Positions 47,257 to 58,304 of a stretch of 64,000 nt of DNA are shown here, in pieces (within the stretch, counting starts at the first letter, position 1; each line of letters opens with the position of its first letter). The DNA lies in the IMG/VR virus record IMGVR_UViG_3300011989_000010, positions 1 through 64,000 of that record. The stretch is one strand, 5' to 3'. Under the pieces are notes generated by a model. That model was not told the DNA's origin and searched no databases. It saw nothing but the letters and a program-made list of their open reading frames with translations. The stretch comes from a virus (lineage: Duplodnaviria > Caudoviricetes). The translations under genes were made by a program, and so were the position numbers.

Positions 47257-50253
47257 TTAGCAGTTATTGCTTACTGGTTTATCCGTATTATTTTCACTTG
47301 TTGAAGAGCCAATAATATCAGCATAATCAACATTATCAAGTACAGTTGGCAGGTCATAGTCAGTTCCCTTACCATTATTCTTATCTCCATACTTACTTAA
47401 TAAAGCTTGTAATACTGAGTTCAGCCTATTAGAATATTCTTTGCCCTTTCTAAGCATTGCTAATAATTCTGACAAAATATCTTGATATACTGAATACTGT
47501 TCTTTCTCAACCTTAAATGCTAATTGAGCTGCAAGAAGCCCTAAATAATCAAGGATATAATCTAACAACTTCTTCAAAATAAGGTCTCTGAGTTCTTTTA
47601 CAATGCCTACAACCAATCCTTTCATTCCATTAAGCAACTCTTCAGCATTGAATGTTTCACCTCCATCGCCCATTAATTGCTTATTAACTGAAATAAGCAT
47701 CAAAACTTTAGGACTTAATAGTGACTGAATCAAAATAGCAGCAAGCTGACTTAGCATATTAGAGGCAAAATCTAACTTTGTCTTTTTTGAATCCTGCAAA
47801 GCGTAAACATTTTGGTTACCTGTTACCTTAGCAGTTGCAGCACTGATTGCATTGCTTAATACAGTCTTTTGTTCTTGTTTAGTACCATTCTCAGGATAAT
47901 TCTGAAGGATTTCATAAACGTCACTTAAATCAACCACGTCAGTCTTATCATTAAGATATGGTTGTTGATGGTATCTTTTGTCTTCAGCCTGTTGTAGCAT
48001 ACTTGAATACTGATTATTATCAAAAGTAAAGAAACAATCTGTCAATTCAGTATCTTCAGTTTCGATAATTTTTCTTACAATTTCAGTAATTCTTTGTTTG
48101 TTACCAAAATAGTCATACTCATTTTGGTCATATATCTTATTAATGCCAATTTTAAAAGTTGAATCGTATGATGGGTTTGTTGCCGCATCTAATAATTTAG
48201 CGCAAACTACTTTAGGGCTGAACAATCTCATGCCCATAATGTAGTCATAGTTAAATTCGTACACAGTTAAACCATTATAGCACTGAATCAAATGTTTCGT
48301 ATAATCACCTTTTCTATTGTTAGGGTTGCCTGTTTGAGCCAAAAAATACTCACCAGTTTTTTTACTTATAAACAAGCTACATTTATCAACCCTTTCTCCA
48401 ACACCCATTATCACATAATCTTTATCAAGTCCTCCACCTTCTTTTGCTACTAAAGTTTGATAACACTCATTTAAAGCATTAAGTATTTTTGCTTTTAATA
48501 CTTCGGTATCGTATTCATTTTTGTTGTCTGGAATCCATTTATTGAAAGCCAAGTACAAAACTTTTGCATTCAAAGATGAACCACTGCACTTAGCAATAAT
48601 GGCTTCCTTTACTGCATTCATACCAGTTTTTCCACTAACGGTTTCATTGTGAACCATTCTCATAATGTCACTATAATCACTATCGCTAAAATTCTTTGAA
48701 GCCTCTTGAATATGTTGTGCATAACCTATTGCTGAAATATTGTCATTGTGTACATATGGTCTATTTTCACTTGTCATTTTATCAGTAGGCAAAGAGAAAT
48801 TGCCATTAGGGTCAGGATTACCATAGGCATCAAACAAAATACGTTTCCATCTCCATATAGGCTCATCGTTATTCAGATAAGGTATATAAACATACGGCTT
48901 AGGCAAAATGGTAAAATTAATCTTTTGTGTTGAGCCTCCTACATAATCAGTTTGATAATCAGTAGGCGACATAAATTGCAAATTGCAAATAGCTTTCTGA
49001 TTAGCATAATCCCCTATTTGCTTATTTGTTCTATAGCCTAAATTATAGTTGTAGTATTGACTCTTATCAACATACCAATCAGCACTATTCCAATTGCTTG
49101 AAACAGGTACAAACTCATTTCTAATTACTCTTGTTTCTCCAGTGTACATAGGATCCACTTGTTCGAAATGAGCGCCAATACAAAGTGAGATTTCATTTGG
49201 GTTGTTTTTGTTCACAATTGTACTACCGACTGACATAGTTGAACTACCTGATGATATAAGGTTAAGATTTAATGGGGCAAAAAGACTCGTCTTTCCACCT
49301 CCTTGACCAATTGTATCAACAAAATTTTTTCCGTCAATTGTTACAACTTGTCCATTAATTTCAGCAGGTGTAGGAGAAGGGAATTTAGCAACGTGCATTA
49401 CAAACCATATGAACGCATTCATATCTTCTGCTCTGCACAACTCCCATTTGCTTTTCATACTACTGATATTTCCTACCCTTTGAACGCTTGTGCTTCCATC
49501 AGCATTTTCAACTGTACCATAACCTGTAGAATTATTAACACCCAAACCTTTATAAAATAACTCCATTTCGTCATTAATAACACCGAAATAGTTATTCATA
49601 CCTTTATCACTATAAGGCGAATATGCAAGAATACCTTCAGGGTCAATTGAATCACAATCAATTAACATACCTCTTTGCTTATCTACTTTAGGCTTACCTG
49701 TATATTCACTAAATTGATATTTTAATTTATCAAAATAGTATTCGCCACTTCTTTGACGTAATTGCTTTGGTATTCGTGGGTCTGCTGAACAGGAAACTAT
49801 TGATTTAATATTAGCCAATAAAGCTGCCTTTAAACCAATTTCTACCTCAGGTAAAACATCAACTAAGAAACTAACCAGCCATTTCTCGATTTCCTCATCA
49901 GTAACGCCTATCGTATTTAGCAAATCCAATAAAAGTGCTAAAGGACTTAATGAGAAAGTAAACGAGTTACTTGTCAATAAGTCCATTCCTACATCAGTAT
50001 ATTCTGGTAGCTTCTCAAGGGTTGCCATAGCCGTATCAATATAGCTATAAACCTCCCTTTCAGCATCTTTTACTTTCTTTTGATACTGATTTATTTTGTC
50101 TTGTATTGAAGATATGTTTTGTTTTTTTCCTTCAGCGCTAGTTTTAGCTCCTTCAGTGTTATTAGGTAAAGATGCATTTGACGATGCTTTTTTGTTTTTA
50201 CTAAGCATTTCGTTAATTTGGTCAACTGACATCTCCTTTACTTCGTTTGCCAT
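47257..50253 (-). CDS. Large hypothetical virion protein
   Basis: 998-aa uninterrupted ORF in a late operon. Confidence 0.65.
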   Translation of the reverse strand: MANEVKEMSVDQINEMLSKNKKASSNASLPNNTEGAKTSAEGKKQNISSIQDKINQYQKKVKDAEREVYSYIDTAMATLEKLPEYTDVGMDLLTSNSFTFSLSPLALLLDLLNTIGVTDEEIEKWLVSFLVDVLPEVEIGLKAALLANIKSIVSCSADPRIPKQLRQRSGEYYFDKLKYQFSEYTGKPKVDKQRGMLIDCDSIDPEGILAYSPYSDKGMNNYFGVINDEMELFYKGLGVNNSTGYGTVENADGSTSVQRVGNISSMKSKWELCRAEDMNAFIWFVMHVAKFPSPTPAEINGQVVTIDGKNFVDTIGQGGGKTSLFAPLNLNLISSGSSTMSVGSTIVNKNNPNEISLCIGAHFEQVDPMYTGETRVIRNEFVPVSSNWNSADWYVDKSQYYNYNLGYRTNKQIGDYANQKAICNLQFMSPTDYQTDYVGGSTQKINFTILPKPYVYIPYLNNDEPIWRWKRILFDAYGNPDPNGNFSLPTDKMTSENRPYVHNDNISAIGYAQHIQEASKNFSDSDYSDIMRMVHNETVSGKTGMNAVKEAIIAKCSGSSLNAKVLYLAFNKWIPDNKNEYDTEVLKAKILNALNECYQTLVAKEGGGLDKDYVIMGVGERVDKCSLFISKKTGEYFLAQTGNPNNRKGDYTKHLIQCYNGLTVYEFNYDYIMGMRLFSPKVVCAKLLDAATNPSYDSTFKIGINKIYDQNEYDYFGNKQRITEIVRKIIETEDTELTDCFFTFDNNQYSSMLQQAEDKRYHQQPYLNDKTDVVDLSDVYEILQNYPENGTKQEQKTVLSNAISAATAKVTGNQNVYALQDSKKTKLDFASNMLSQLAAILIQSLLSPKVLMLISVNKQLMGDGGETFNAEELLNGMKGLVVGIVKELRDLILKKLLDYILDYLGLLAAQLAFKVEKEQYSVYQDILSELLAMLRKGKEYSNRLNSVLQALLSKYGDKNNGKGTDYDLPTVLDNVDYADIIGSSTSENNTDKPVSNNC

Positions 50254-50648
50254 TACTTCTTCAATTCTATGGTTTTAGTCTTGTCAGGTTCTTGATATGA
50301 CTCACTTACCATCTGCTTGATTTTCTTAAGGTCAAAGGTAGCATTGCTTGCACCACTCTGTTCTACTGCCTCCTTAATATCTCCATTATGGTTCATAATG
50401 TCAGTCATTAATTTAGCAATATCTAACTTAGTTCTAATCGCTTTGTCTTTAATGGTAAGATAATCATTCATTGCCTTGCTATACTTCTGCTTGGAGTCCA
50501 TCACTTCGTCTTGCAGACGTGTAGCATTGGCTAATTTGTTCATTTCATCTTGTGCTTGGACAAGTTGTTGGTCTGCTAATCTATACGTCTCCTGAAGCAA
50601 ATCACGAACGTTGTTAGCATTGTTTAATTCTATTTTAAATTTAGCCAT
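50253..50648 (-). CDS. Hypothetical helical protein
   Basis: 131 aa; TATTTAT sense at 50665-50671. Confidence 0.6.
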   Translation of the reverse strand: MAKFKIELNNANNVRDLLQETYRLADQQLVQAQDEMNKLANATRLQDEVMDSKQKYSKAMNDYLTIKDKAIRTKLDIAKLMTDIMNHNGDIKEAVEQSGASNATFDLKKIKQMVSESYQEPDKTKTIELKK

Positions 50649-50676
50649 TTCCTTATATTATTCTATAAATAGTTAT

Positions 50677-51438
50677 TTACGCATTTATCATAACCTTTTT
50701 CAGCCCATAATATGCGGTTTTATACTTCCTCATACCATCACGAATCTGCTTGGTATTCAATAAGGTAGTTTCTTTTAAGAAGAGTAAGATTGAACTCTTA
50801 TTGAACTTATTGCTGCCCATCTGAGCAAATAAGTCTTCCCAATTGGTCATAAGTTCAACTAAAGCCTCTCCAACCTTAATCTCATCCTCATTCAATTTAT
50901 ACTTGTCACGATTATCAATAATGTTATTAATTTCCTTAACAGTATTGCTCATTAATTCGTTTAAAAATGTAATTCGTCCAGAATTATCATCATAAGAGTA
51001 TTTAACATTATTAGTCAAATCTGACTGCATAACATCATATCTTTCATTTCTTTTCTGTTTCTTATTGAATTGGTTAATCTTGTAAATTAAATAATTTTTA
51101 CAAATAGTGCCACAATAAGAATAAGCCTTATAACCAGTGTCGGGATTAAAATTTTCAATTTTGGTCATCAAAAAAGAAACCGTGTCATCAAAAGTTTCTT
51201 GAAATTCTTCATCGGGTGGATATAGATTGTATCTTCTAATAATTGATTCAATCATCTTTGTAAAAGCAGGCTCAAGCCACTTGTTAAAGATTTTGTCTTT
51301 TTCTTCTTTAGTGGATGCGTGTAAATAATCCTTAACTGCTTGTTCTTGCTCTTCGTAAAAATACCCCTTTCTTTTCTTGCTTGGTTTTCTGCCTCTTTTT
51401 GCCATTGCTTTATATTTATATTTAGTTAAACTATCCAA
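50677..51438 (-). CDS. Late-transcription sigma factor (T4 gp55-like)
   Basis: YFYEEQE.A..Y; sigma region-2-like DDTVSFLMTKIENFNPDTGYKAYSYCGTICKNYLI. Confidence 0.65.
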   Translation of the reverse strand: MDSLTKYKYKAMAKRGRKPSKKRKGYFYEEQEQAVKDYLHASTKEEKDKIFNKWLEPAFTKMIESIIRRYNLYPPDEEFQETFDDTVSFLMTKIENFNPDTGYKAYSYCGTICKNYLIYKINQFNKKQKRNERYDVMQSDLTNNVKYSYDDNSGRITFLNELMSNTVKEINNIIDNRDKYKLNEDEIKVGEALVELMTNWEDLFAQMGSNKFNKSSILLFLKETTLLNTKQIRDGMRKYKTAYYGLKKVMINA

Positions 51439-51605
51439 TAATATTTATTTCAATACTAAATATCATCAAAGGCAAAAATCTATGCAATTTCAGCACACTT
51501 TCTTCCACATTTTTTATATATAAAAAATCTTCGTGTTGCCGTTTTGATGTGTAAAAAAAAATGGTGCTAACCACCAAAGAATTAGCACCATTGAATTTAT
51601 TTTTT

Positions 51606-52382
51606 TTAATCTTTTTTAACTTCTTCCTTGGAATATGGTGCTACTTCTCGTTGTTTAATGAAGAAATACTCCTTCTTAGCCACATTCATCCAATGTCTTG
51701 CTTCCTCATCGCTAATTGTAGCACGATAATTTTCAAGTAAAGAATCCTTACGACCAAGGTAATGTGCATAACCAACCTTAGGTATTACAAACACACCCTT
51801 ACCCTTGTTAGTCAAACGTAAAAGGAACTCGTACCAAAAATATACAGGAATATTTGTCTTTAACCCACCAAGTTCCTTCCAATCAGCAGTATTGAAAACG
51901 CCACCAGTTAAGTAGAACTCGAAGAAGTTCTGCAAGCAATCAAGGTCAATAACACCAATCTCATTTGAGAATGATGAAGCCCAAGGTGCTTCGTTACCAA
52001 TACCTGCATACTCCTTAGTATTGAAATCAACCAAATCCTCAAGAGGCAAGAATACACTTGTTTCAGGCTTAAACTCAATATAAGTCTTTACGTTGTTAAA
52101 CCAAATAGGTGTATACTCATCATCATATTCGAGAATAGAAAACCATTTATAATCATCATTAACTGCACTATTGACAAGTGTAGGGAAATCAGTAGCATCA
52201 TTGCCACTTACCTTTACATTCTTTTTATCTTTAAGTGCATCAGTTACATCCTTTACAATTGCATTTGAAGCTGAAACAACAATGTCAATATCAGCAGGTA
52301 CTGAATTAACTGCATCATTGAGCAAAGGCTTAACATCATCATCAAACTTGTGCAATGGAATAATTACTAATATATCGCTCAT
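51606..52382 (-). CDS. GT-A fold glycosyltransferase-like protein
   Basis: ILVIIPLHK, LVNSAVN, WFSILEYDDEY (DxD-like), YEFLLRL. Confidence 0.6.
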   Translation of the reverse strand: MSDILVIIPLHKFDDDVKPLLNDAVNSVPADIDIVVSASNAIVKDVTDALKDKKNVKVSGNDATDFPTLVNSAVNDDYKWFSILEYDDEYTPIWFNNVKTYIEFKPETSVFLPLEDLVDFNTKEYAGIGNEAPWASSFSNEIGVIDLDCLQNFFEFYLTGGVFNTADWKELGGLKTNIPVYFWYEFLLRLTNKGKGVFVIPKVGYAHYLGRKDSLLENYRATISDEEARHWMNVAKKEYFFIKQREVAPYSKEEVKKD

Positions 52383-52422
52383 TTTTTTAATCTATTTTTA
52401 ATTTAGTAGGTAATTATGTGAA

Positions 52423-53550
52423 CTACTCATTTGCATCAGTTTTTGATGCTTTACTTTCAACAACATTTACAAGTTGTTCCATCTCCTTCTTTCGATTCTC
52501 AATTATGCTATTAAGGTACTCACTGAACTCCTTCTGAGTAGTCTCGAATGGGTAAAGTTCATTTACCTTCTTAGCCTCATCAAACAAAGTTGAAGGTACT
52601 TTATCAGTAATCCAAGAACGAACCACACTTGCGATTGCTCTCTGAACCTCATGGAAATCATCGAACCAAATGCAGCAATTGCGTAACTTGCCAACCTTAT
52701 CCTCAGAATCCTCATTCATCCACTTCAATGGCTCTTCAGGAATCTTAGCGATTACAATAGAACCACTCTTCATAGCCTCAAGTGCTGAATAACCGAAACT
52801 TGTCTTGTCGTCAACCCAAATTGTTATTGCTGCATCTCTCAATGATTCAGCAAACTGCTCTTTTGAGAAACCTCTCAAGTCACGGAATGAAACCCACTTG
52901 AATGAAGGGTATTTCCAATAGAAAGGTTTGATGATTCGGTTTATATCCTCCTGATCAGAAGCGACAATATTGACAATCATCTTCTTAGGCTGAATGGTTG
53001 TTCCGAACATTTTATCAATGTAAGGGGTAATTACCTTTGTCTTAACATAAGGGAAAATATCTTTAAGCAACTCTGCATTGTGCTCAGTATTTGTAATTGC
53101 ATCAAGAATACCAAAGTCTCCCCATTGTGCTGCAAATGGCATCTGCTCTACAAGATAATCATAATTCTGAAGGATTGCAATTCTCTTACAAGGCAACTTC
53201 TTTGTTTGATTCATTACATTTGCGAAAATCTCAGGAATGAAAAGAATATCAGAAGGTGTGATTTCAACGTCATCACTTGCAATGTCATAATGTGGAATAT
53301 TAGCATAATCCTCACCGAGCCAGTCCTTAACACCAACAAACTTATCATCCTTATCTGCACTCTGATAAAGCATAGCAACCTTGTAGCCGTCATTTTTGGC
53401 AATCATAGCCAACTTGTAGATATATTCAAGACTACCACTTGGATTTCCCTTTGTATCAAGGATGAAAAAGAACACATTGTTCTCTTTTTTGTCAATCTTC
53501 TTTATTTCTGCTTGTACTCTCTTTAGAGCCTTTTCTTCTTTCTTATTCAT
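52423..53550 (-). CDS. GT-B fold glycosyltransferase
   Basis: DILFIPEI; GFSKEQFAESLRDAAITIWVDDKTSFGYSALEAMKSGSIVI (E-x7-E-like signature region). Confidence 0.7.
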   Translation of the reverse strand: MNKKEEKALKRVQAEIKKIDKKENNVFFFILDTKGNPSGSLEYIYKLAMIAKNDGYKVAMLYQSADKDDKFVGVKDWLGEDYANIPHYDIASDDVEITPSDILFIPEIFANVMNQTKKLPCKRIAILQNYDYLVEQMPFAAQWGDFGILDAITNTEHNAELLKDIFPYVKTKVITPYIDKMFGTTIQPKKMIVNIVASDQEDINRIIKPFYWKYPSFKWVSFRDLRGFSKEQFAESLRDAAITIWVDDKTSFGYSALEAMKSGSIVIAKIPEEPLKWMNEDSEDKVGKLRNCCIWFDDFHEVQRAIASVVRSWITDKVPSTLFDEAKKVNELYPFETTQKEFSEYLNSIIENRKKEMEQLVNVVESKASKTDANE

Positions 53551-53891
53551 TTAACCTCTTTAATTAAACCATAATTTATCATTGTGTTAAGAACCATTCT
53601 CTGACCAAGCGACATTGGTGTAAGTGACGTATCAAGTTCTACATTATCCAACATACCAATAAAGGTCTTAACCAAATCGTATCTAATCGTCTCCTTTTCG
53701 GTAAAATCACTTCCTTTAACCTCGTGAATAACCCTACTTAGAAGAGTCTGTTTTCCTTCATCATTCAGTCCATAAGTCTCAGTGATTTCATTATCGTGAG
53801 TCTTTTCAGTTTTTGAATTCTCCTCAAAAACAAATTCCTTAATTTCGTTAAGGTCAAGAACTAAATTCTCATTAAGTTTTCCGTCTTCCAT
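53547..53891 (-). CDS. Hypothetical protein
   Basis: 114-aa ORF, translationally coupled. Confidence 0.6.
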   Translation of the reverse strand: MEDGKLNENLVLDLNEIKEFVFEENSKTEKTHDNEITETYGLNDEGKQTLLSRVIHEVKGSDFTEKETIRYDLVKTFIGMLDNVELDTSLTPMSLGQRMVLNTMINYGLIKEVK

Positions 53892-53894
53892 AAT

Positions 53895-54506
53895 TTACTT
53901 TTTAAACTCAATTAATTTATCAAGGAATTTGTCATCTTCGATAACGTCTTCCATAGTCGCATAAGCAAACTTGTCATCATCGTCTGCCTCGTTATTACCA
54001 TTACTTAAAATCTTAACAGTTAACTTATCATTTTCTTTTGCCCAAGTTAAAGATTTCTCATCAGAAGAAATAATTACATCGCACTTGTCCTTAAGTTCGT
54101 CAATAGCTTTTGGAAAAATTACTTCTCTTACTCTTGTGCCTAACTTACTTAAGAAGAAATAGGATGATTGAATAGTTAAAGCCTCTTCACCTAAACTATA
54201 ATAAATCACTCTAAACTCTTCATCTTCCCTATTGGTCATTTCTTCCATCCAAGAGGTAATGTCTCTTGGCAGGTTTTTATCCATAGCCTTTGCACAACCA
54301 AAAATCTCATATGGATAATCTATGTAAATAAATTCGTTACGTTCCCTTTTACTATCAAACTTGATGTACGTTTCAAGAACATTCTCATGTTTTTCATCAA
54401 TTTTATCAGTTTCCATCTCAGGATGATAATCTCTCTGATAGTACTTTAAGAGTTGTTTATTAACGTTTCGAATTACATGGTTTAATTCTATAGCTATTGT
54501 AATCAT
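53895..54506 (-). CDS. HAD-superfamily 5'(3')-nucleotidase-like protein with degenerate motif I
   Basis: ITIAIELNHVIR in place of DxD; YPYEIFG.A; FFLSK.G; CDVII. Confidence 0.5.
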   Translation of the reverse strand: MITIAIELNHVIRNVNKQLLKYYQRDYHPEMETDKIDEKHENVLETYIKFDSKRERNEFIYIDYPYEIFGCAKAMDKNLPRDITSWMEEMTNREDEEFRVIYYSLGEEALTIQSSYFFLSKLGTRVREVIFPKAIDELKDKCDVIISSDEKSLTWAKENDKLTVKILSNGNNEADDDDKFAYATMEDVIEDDKFLDKLIEFKK

Positions 54507-54536
54507 CGCATTAATTTAATTTCTGTACAAAATATA

Positions 54537-55559
54537 TTATTTTAGATTCGATAGTAAATACTTTTGTAGGCAATCTTTACACATAGCCTTACCATAAGTG
54601 TATTTAGTTACATCAGCATCGTATGTATTAATCTCTTTGCCACAAATTTCACAATGTGCTACTCTAACTTGCCCACCAGAAATATCAATTGCAGTATTCT
54701 TTGCCTCATTTGTTTCATATTTTTTAGCCATCTTCTCATCGAAGAACTTAGCCTTTAAATCGTTTACATCATATATCTCCCACGTAAATGTTAGACGTAT
54801 TTCAGCATTACTTTCTTCAACCTTGGTGAGTGAAGGAGAAATGAAACTATAAACCTTTAGGTCAGGTTCATCGTTTGTTGCTTTATAAGTTGTGAAATTT
54901 AGACTAATCATTGATGAAGCAATCTCATTATGCTTGTATACCTCATCAGCAATATGTTTGTCATTTATAAGTTGTGCATTGTTATAAATCGCTAGCAACC
55001 TTTTAAGCTCATTGATAAATGGTGCTGACTTCTTTTCATAGCCATCAGGTATATTGCTAAAATGCAACGTAGTTGTTACTTCTTTAGTTTCCTCATTTAT
55101 GTCAACATCAATTTGGTTAGCGAATTGCTCCAACTTAAATTTAACCAATGGGTTATCATATGAAATCTGCAATGTGTAAATTTCAGTACCATACTTGCCA
55201 ACTCTTTTTAATTCTTCAAGCACATCTGAAGCAATCAATTTACATTCTTGTGAAAAATGTATTCGTTTAATATCAACAGGCTTAGCCTCTTTCTTAATTG
55301 CAGTTCCACCACCTAAATACTCATAGTTTTTAGCCTCATCATCGACCTTATAAGTTCTATACCTTAACTCCTTAACTGATTGGGTTATTTCACCTTTTAG
55401 AAGGTGTTTTGCGACTCTTTCGTCTGATACTTCTTGATGTATACTCTGGCCCTCATCACCAATTGATTGACTTCCCATTATTTCATTGTCAGCAGCCTTC
55501 ATTCCAAAAGGTAGTGCGTATAATATTTTATAAGCCCATTTCTTAATTTTATTCGTCAT
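54537..55559 (-). CDS. Hypothetical protein with C-terminal Zn finger
   Basis: CEICG...MCKDC. Confidence 0.6.
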   Translation of the reverse strand: MTNKIKKWAYKILYALPFGMKAADNEIMGSQSIGDEGQSIHQEVSDERVAKHLLKGEITQSVKELRYRTYKVDDEAKNYEYLGGGTAIKKEAKPVDIKRIHFSQECKLIASDVLEELKRVGKYGTEIYTLQISYDNPLVKFKLEQFANQIDVDINEETKEVTTTLHFSNIPDGYEKKSAPFINELKRLLAIYNNAQLINDKHIADEVYKHNEIASSMISLNFTTYKATNDEPDLKVYSFISPSLTKVEESNAEIRLTFTWEIYDVNDLKAKFFDEKMAKKYETNEAKNTAIDISGGQVRVAHCEICGKEINTYDADVTKYTYGKAMCKDCLQKYLLSNLK

Positions 55560-55797
55560 AAATTTCCATTAATTTTTCCTCAATTATTGACTTAACTGTG
55601 TTAAGCAGCTCAACGAACTTTCCACGTTTCTCATATGCCGCCTTAGTACCTGGTGGCATTCGTTGGAATGCAGGGTCAGCACTCATCGTAGCGTATGAGG
55701 TTAAAAGATTAGCATAATCTTCGCATACTAACTCAACCGCATTCCTTAGGTCAACTAAGCTATTTAAGCTTTTCTTTCTTAATTTTTCAACATTCAT
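55549..55797 (-). CDS. Hypothetical protein
   Basis: 82-aa ORF coupled to the next gene. Confidence 0.55.
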   Translation of the reverse strand: MNVEKLRKKSLNSLVDLRNAVELVCEDYANLLTSYATMSADPAFQRMPPGTKAAYEKRGKFVELLNTVKSIIEEKLMEIYDE

Positions 55798-55840
55798 AAT
55801 TTAATTTTTTTTAGAATTATTAGCAAAAATTATACCAGTA

Positions 55841-56530
55841 TTATTTTTCTAAATCAATTGGATAGTAATCTTTATACTTCTCATTGATTTGGTTTCTATT
55901 CGTGTACCATTCAGGCTTCATTTCACCTACTGAATTGTGTGCTATTCTAATATTAGTTGTTACACCAATTTTAGTCTTTCCATCAATATAATTGGCAAGA
56001 CAGAAATCAATGTCATAGAAATTAAAACCCTTAACTTCAGGGTCAAAGTTCTTTGATATTCTCTTTTTGTGTACTGCCATAAAAAGACCGTCAATAACAC
56101 AAACTTCCTGTAAATCGTGGTCTAATAACGGAGAGAATGCAGTAAGCCAAGACTTACCATCATGCCTATGTAAAACTTGACCATACTTTTTATTGTATTG
56201 CCACCAAGCACCATTCTCATCAAATTGTGCAGAACCTGCAACGCCTATTATGCCATAATCCTTATGCTTATTGAAAAGCCTAAGTATTTCAGCACCCCAT
56301 CCCTTCTTAAGAAATTCAATATCATCGTGTATGAAAATAATCACATTGCTATCAACCTTATCAGATTTAATCATATCTTCATAAATCTGAGTCAAACCAA
56401 CACCATCTTGATTAATTAGGAAATATACATGTGCATTGCAACCACAAGTATCTTTGATATGCTGAATAAAATCTTTCTTCTGCTCGCTATTTTCTCTCGA
56501 GCAAACAACTACTGCTATACTATTGTCCAT
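55841..56530 (-). CDS. Glycosyltransferase (GT2-like, Glyco_tranf_2_5 type)
   Basis: GLTQIYED, IFIHDDIEF, GIIGVAGS, VIDGLFMA, FNFYDIDFC. Confidence 0.8.
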   Translation of the reverse strand: MDNSIAVVVCSRENSEQKKDFIQHIKDTCGCNAHVYFLINQDGVGLTQIYEDMIKSDKVDSNVIIFIHDDIEFLKKGWGAEILRLFNKHKDYGIIGVAGSAQFDENGAWWQYNKKYGQVLHRHDGKSWLTAFSPLLDHDLQEVCVIDGLFMAVHKKRISKNFDPEVKGFNFYDIDFCLANYIDGKTKIGVTTNIRIAHNSVGEMKPEWYTNRNQINEKYKDYYPIDLEK

Positions 56531-56561
56531 TTATTTTTTTTATTCTAAAAAATAAAAAAAA

Positions 56562-56595
56562 ATGTGACTAAATCAACAAAGACTTAGCCACATTC
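56562..56595 (-). terminator. Intrinsic terminator
   Basis: aatgtgactaa...ttagccacatt with a U-run on the minus strand. Confidence 0.65.
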
Positions 56596-56658
56596 CAAAG
56601 AGATTTATATTTTATATATGCAAATAATAATTCCTTATTTTTTTAATTTCTTGATACT

Positions 56659-57789
56659 TCATTTATTCACTGACATATAAGTATTATTTGAAATCACTAT
56701 AGTATCAGTATTAGTTATGAAATCATTCAACGTTTTGGCATTTGTATAAGACATTGCTGAACGAAGGTAATCAGTAAAATTATCTACCCATTGTTTAAGA
56801 GTGTATTTTACCTCAACAATCTTTTCAATACCCTCACTTGTTCGTATTTTCTGACCGTGCATCAATTCTTGTGCTTTCTTGGAAGCCATACCAAAAAACG
56901 ACTTCTTCAATGTTTTTATAAAAGTAAATGCCTCTTTTGATAGTACGTCAGAAACAAGCCAACCGCCATCATCTTCTTCAATGTGGTGGTGTGTTAGATA
57001 AATTCGTTCCCCATCAGAAGTCTCAAAGAACGTCTTAGCAGCGCTTTCTACCATTCGAGTGAACAATCCTCCAATCATAACGTAATCAGCGCCAAGAGCC
57101 AATGCTTTTATGGCATCTGAGTAATTTCTAATACCACCATCAGCGATGATTTTTGGCAGTGATTTGTATGTACCATTTTTAACAACACCCCTCATTATTC
57201 CAACATATTTTTTCTGCTCACTTGTCTCGTCAATCAAGGAAGCCATTGGATAATGCACACCTAAATTTGATGATGTAATACAACCTTCACCACTACCAAT
57301 TCCACAACGTATATAATCTACACCAACTTTAGCCATCTCTAAGTATGTTGAAGGATTGGCAATGTTCCCTACCATAATCTCGGTTTGAATATCTTTATAC
57401 TTTTCCTTAAAATCCTTAACCAAAGATAGCATCTTTGCCATATGGCCATTTGCGATGTCAATAAGCGCTTTTATTTTCTGACCACTTACAGTCTTTTCAA
57501 TAAAGACTTCTTCAAATTCCTTCAACCCAAATGCAGCCCATTTACCATTTACTGCATATGAAACTCGTGTGTTTAGGTTTACCGTTCTTGGAAGAATGGC
57601 ATTGATACCATTCTCCTCGAACAAATTAAAGTTGGATTCGTCTACAACGCTACTCATTGGTGCAGTGAATAAAGGTAATTTACCATCAATAAAAGGGTCA
57701 CAATCCTTTCGATGCTCAATGTCAGAAGTGATTGTAGGTACAATACCAATATCATGATATGAATATTTAATTTCTTTTCGTAGCGCCAT
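56659..57789 (-). CDS. guaC: GMP reductase (IMPDH/GMPR family, no CBS domain)
   Basis: IDIANGH, IMVGNI, RCGIGSGEGCIT (catalytic Cys), IIADGGIR..KALALGADYVMIG, FFGMAS..SEG. Confidence 0.8.
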   Translation of the reverse strand: MALRKEIKYSYHDIGIVPTITSDIEHRKDCDPFIDGKLPLFTAPMSSVVDESNFNLFEENGINAILPRTVNLNTRVSYAVNGKWAAFGLKEFEEVFIEKTVSGQKIKALIDIANGHMAKMLSLVKDFKEKYKDIQTEIMVGNIANPSTYLEMAKVGVDYIRCGIGSGEGCITSSNLGVHYPMASLIDETSEQKKYVGIMRGVVKNGTYKSLPKIIADGGIRNYSDAIKALALGADYVMIGGLFTRMVESAAKTFFETSDGERIYLTHHHIEEDDGGWLVSDVLSKEAFTFIKTLKKSFFGMASKKAQELMHGQKIRTSEGIEKIVEVKYTLKQWVDNFTDYLRSAMSYTNAKTLNDFITNTDTIVISNNTYMSVNK

Positions 57790-58300
57790 AAATTTTCTTG
57801 TTTTTATTAATTAGCCAACCGACTTGCGCAGGCTTATCGTTAATCTTTTTAATGTTTAATACTGAGAAAATGCAGTTAAAACCCTCTGAATGTTCGTCAA
57901 GATTTGTTATTTTAAAAGGTGATACGATTGAAGCACTAAAGTCCAAATCCTTACCAAAAATCTGACAAGTAACTTTATCTCCATCCTTTAAAGTGTTTGA
58001 ATCTAAAATAACATTATGGTCTACAAAATATCTCCATTTTCGACATACACTTTTAAATTTAGGATAGCGCTTATAAAATTGAGAAGCAGACCAAGTAAAT
58101 CCCATAAGTGGGGCTATGCAGTCACGATAACCAAAATTCTTAATCTTTTCATTAAGGACTTTTTTTGGCGTTGTTGTATTTCTTCTCGTCATTTTGTAAT
58201 AGCTATTTATGACTTCGCATTCATGGCTAATTGCATTAACGATCTCATCATACACATTTTCCTCTTTACAAAATCTATAGAATATTTGTTCTAATGTCAT
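57767..58300 (-). CDS. Hypothetical protein
   Basis: Likely start MTLEQIFY at 58300; the track start overlaps dut. Confidence 0.55.
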   Translation of the reverse strand: MTLEQIFYRFCKEENVYDEIVNAISHECEVINSYYKMTRRNTTTPKKVLNEKIKNFGYRDCIAPLMGFTWSASQFYKRYPKFKSVCRKWRYFVDHNVILDSNTLKDGDKVTCQIFGKDLDFSASIVSPFKITNLDEHSEGFNCIFSVLNIKKINDKPAQVGWLINKNKKIYGATKRN

Positions 58301-58304
58301 GTTT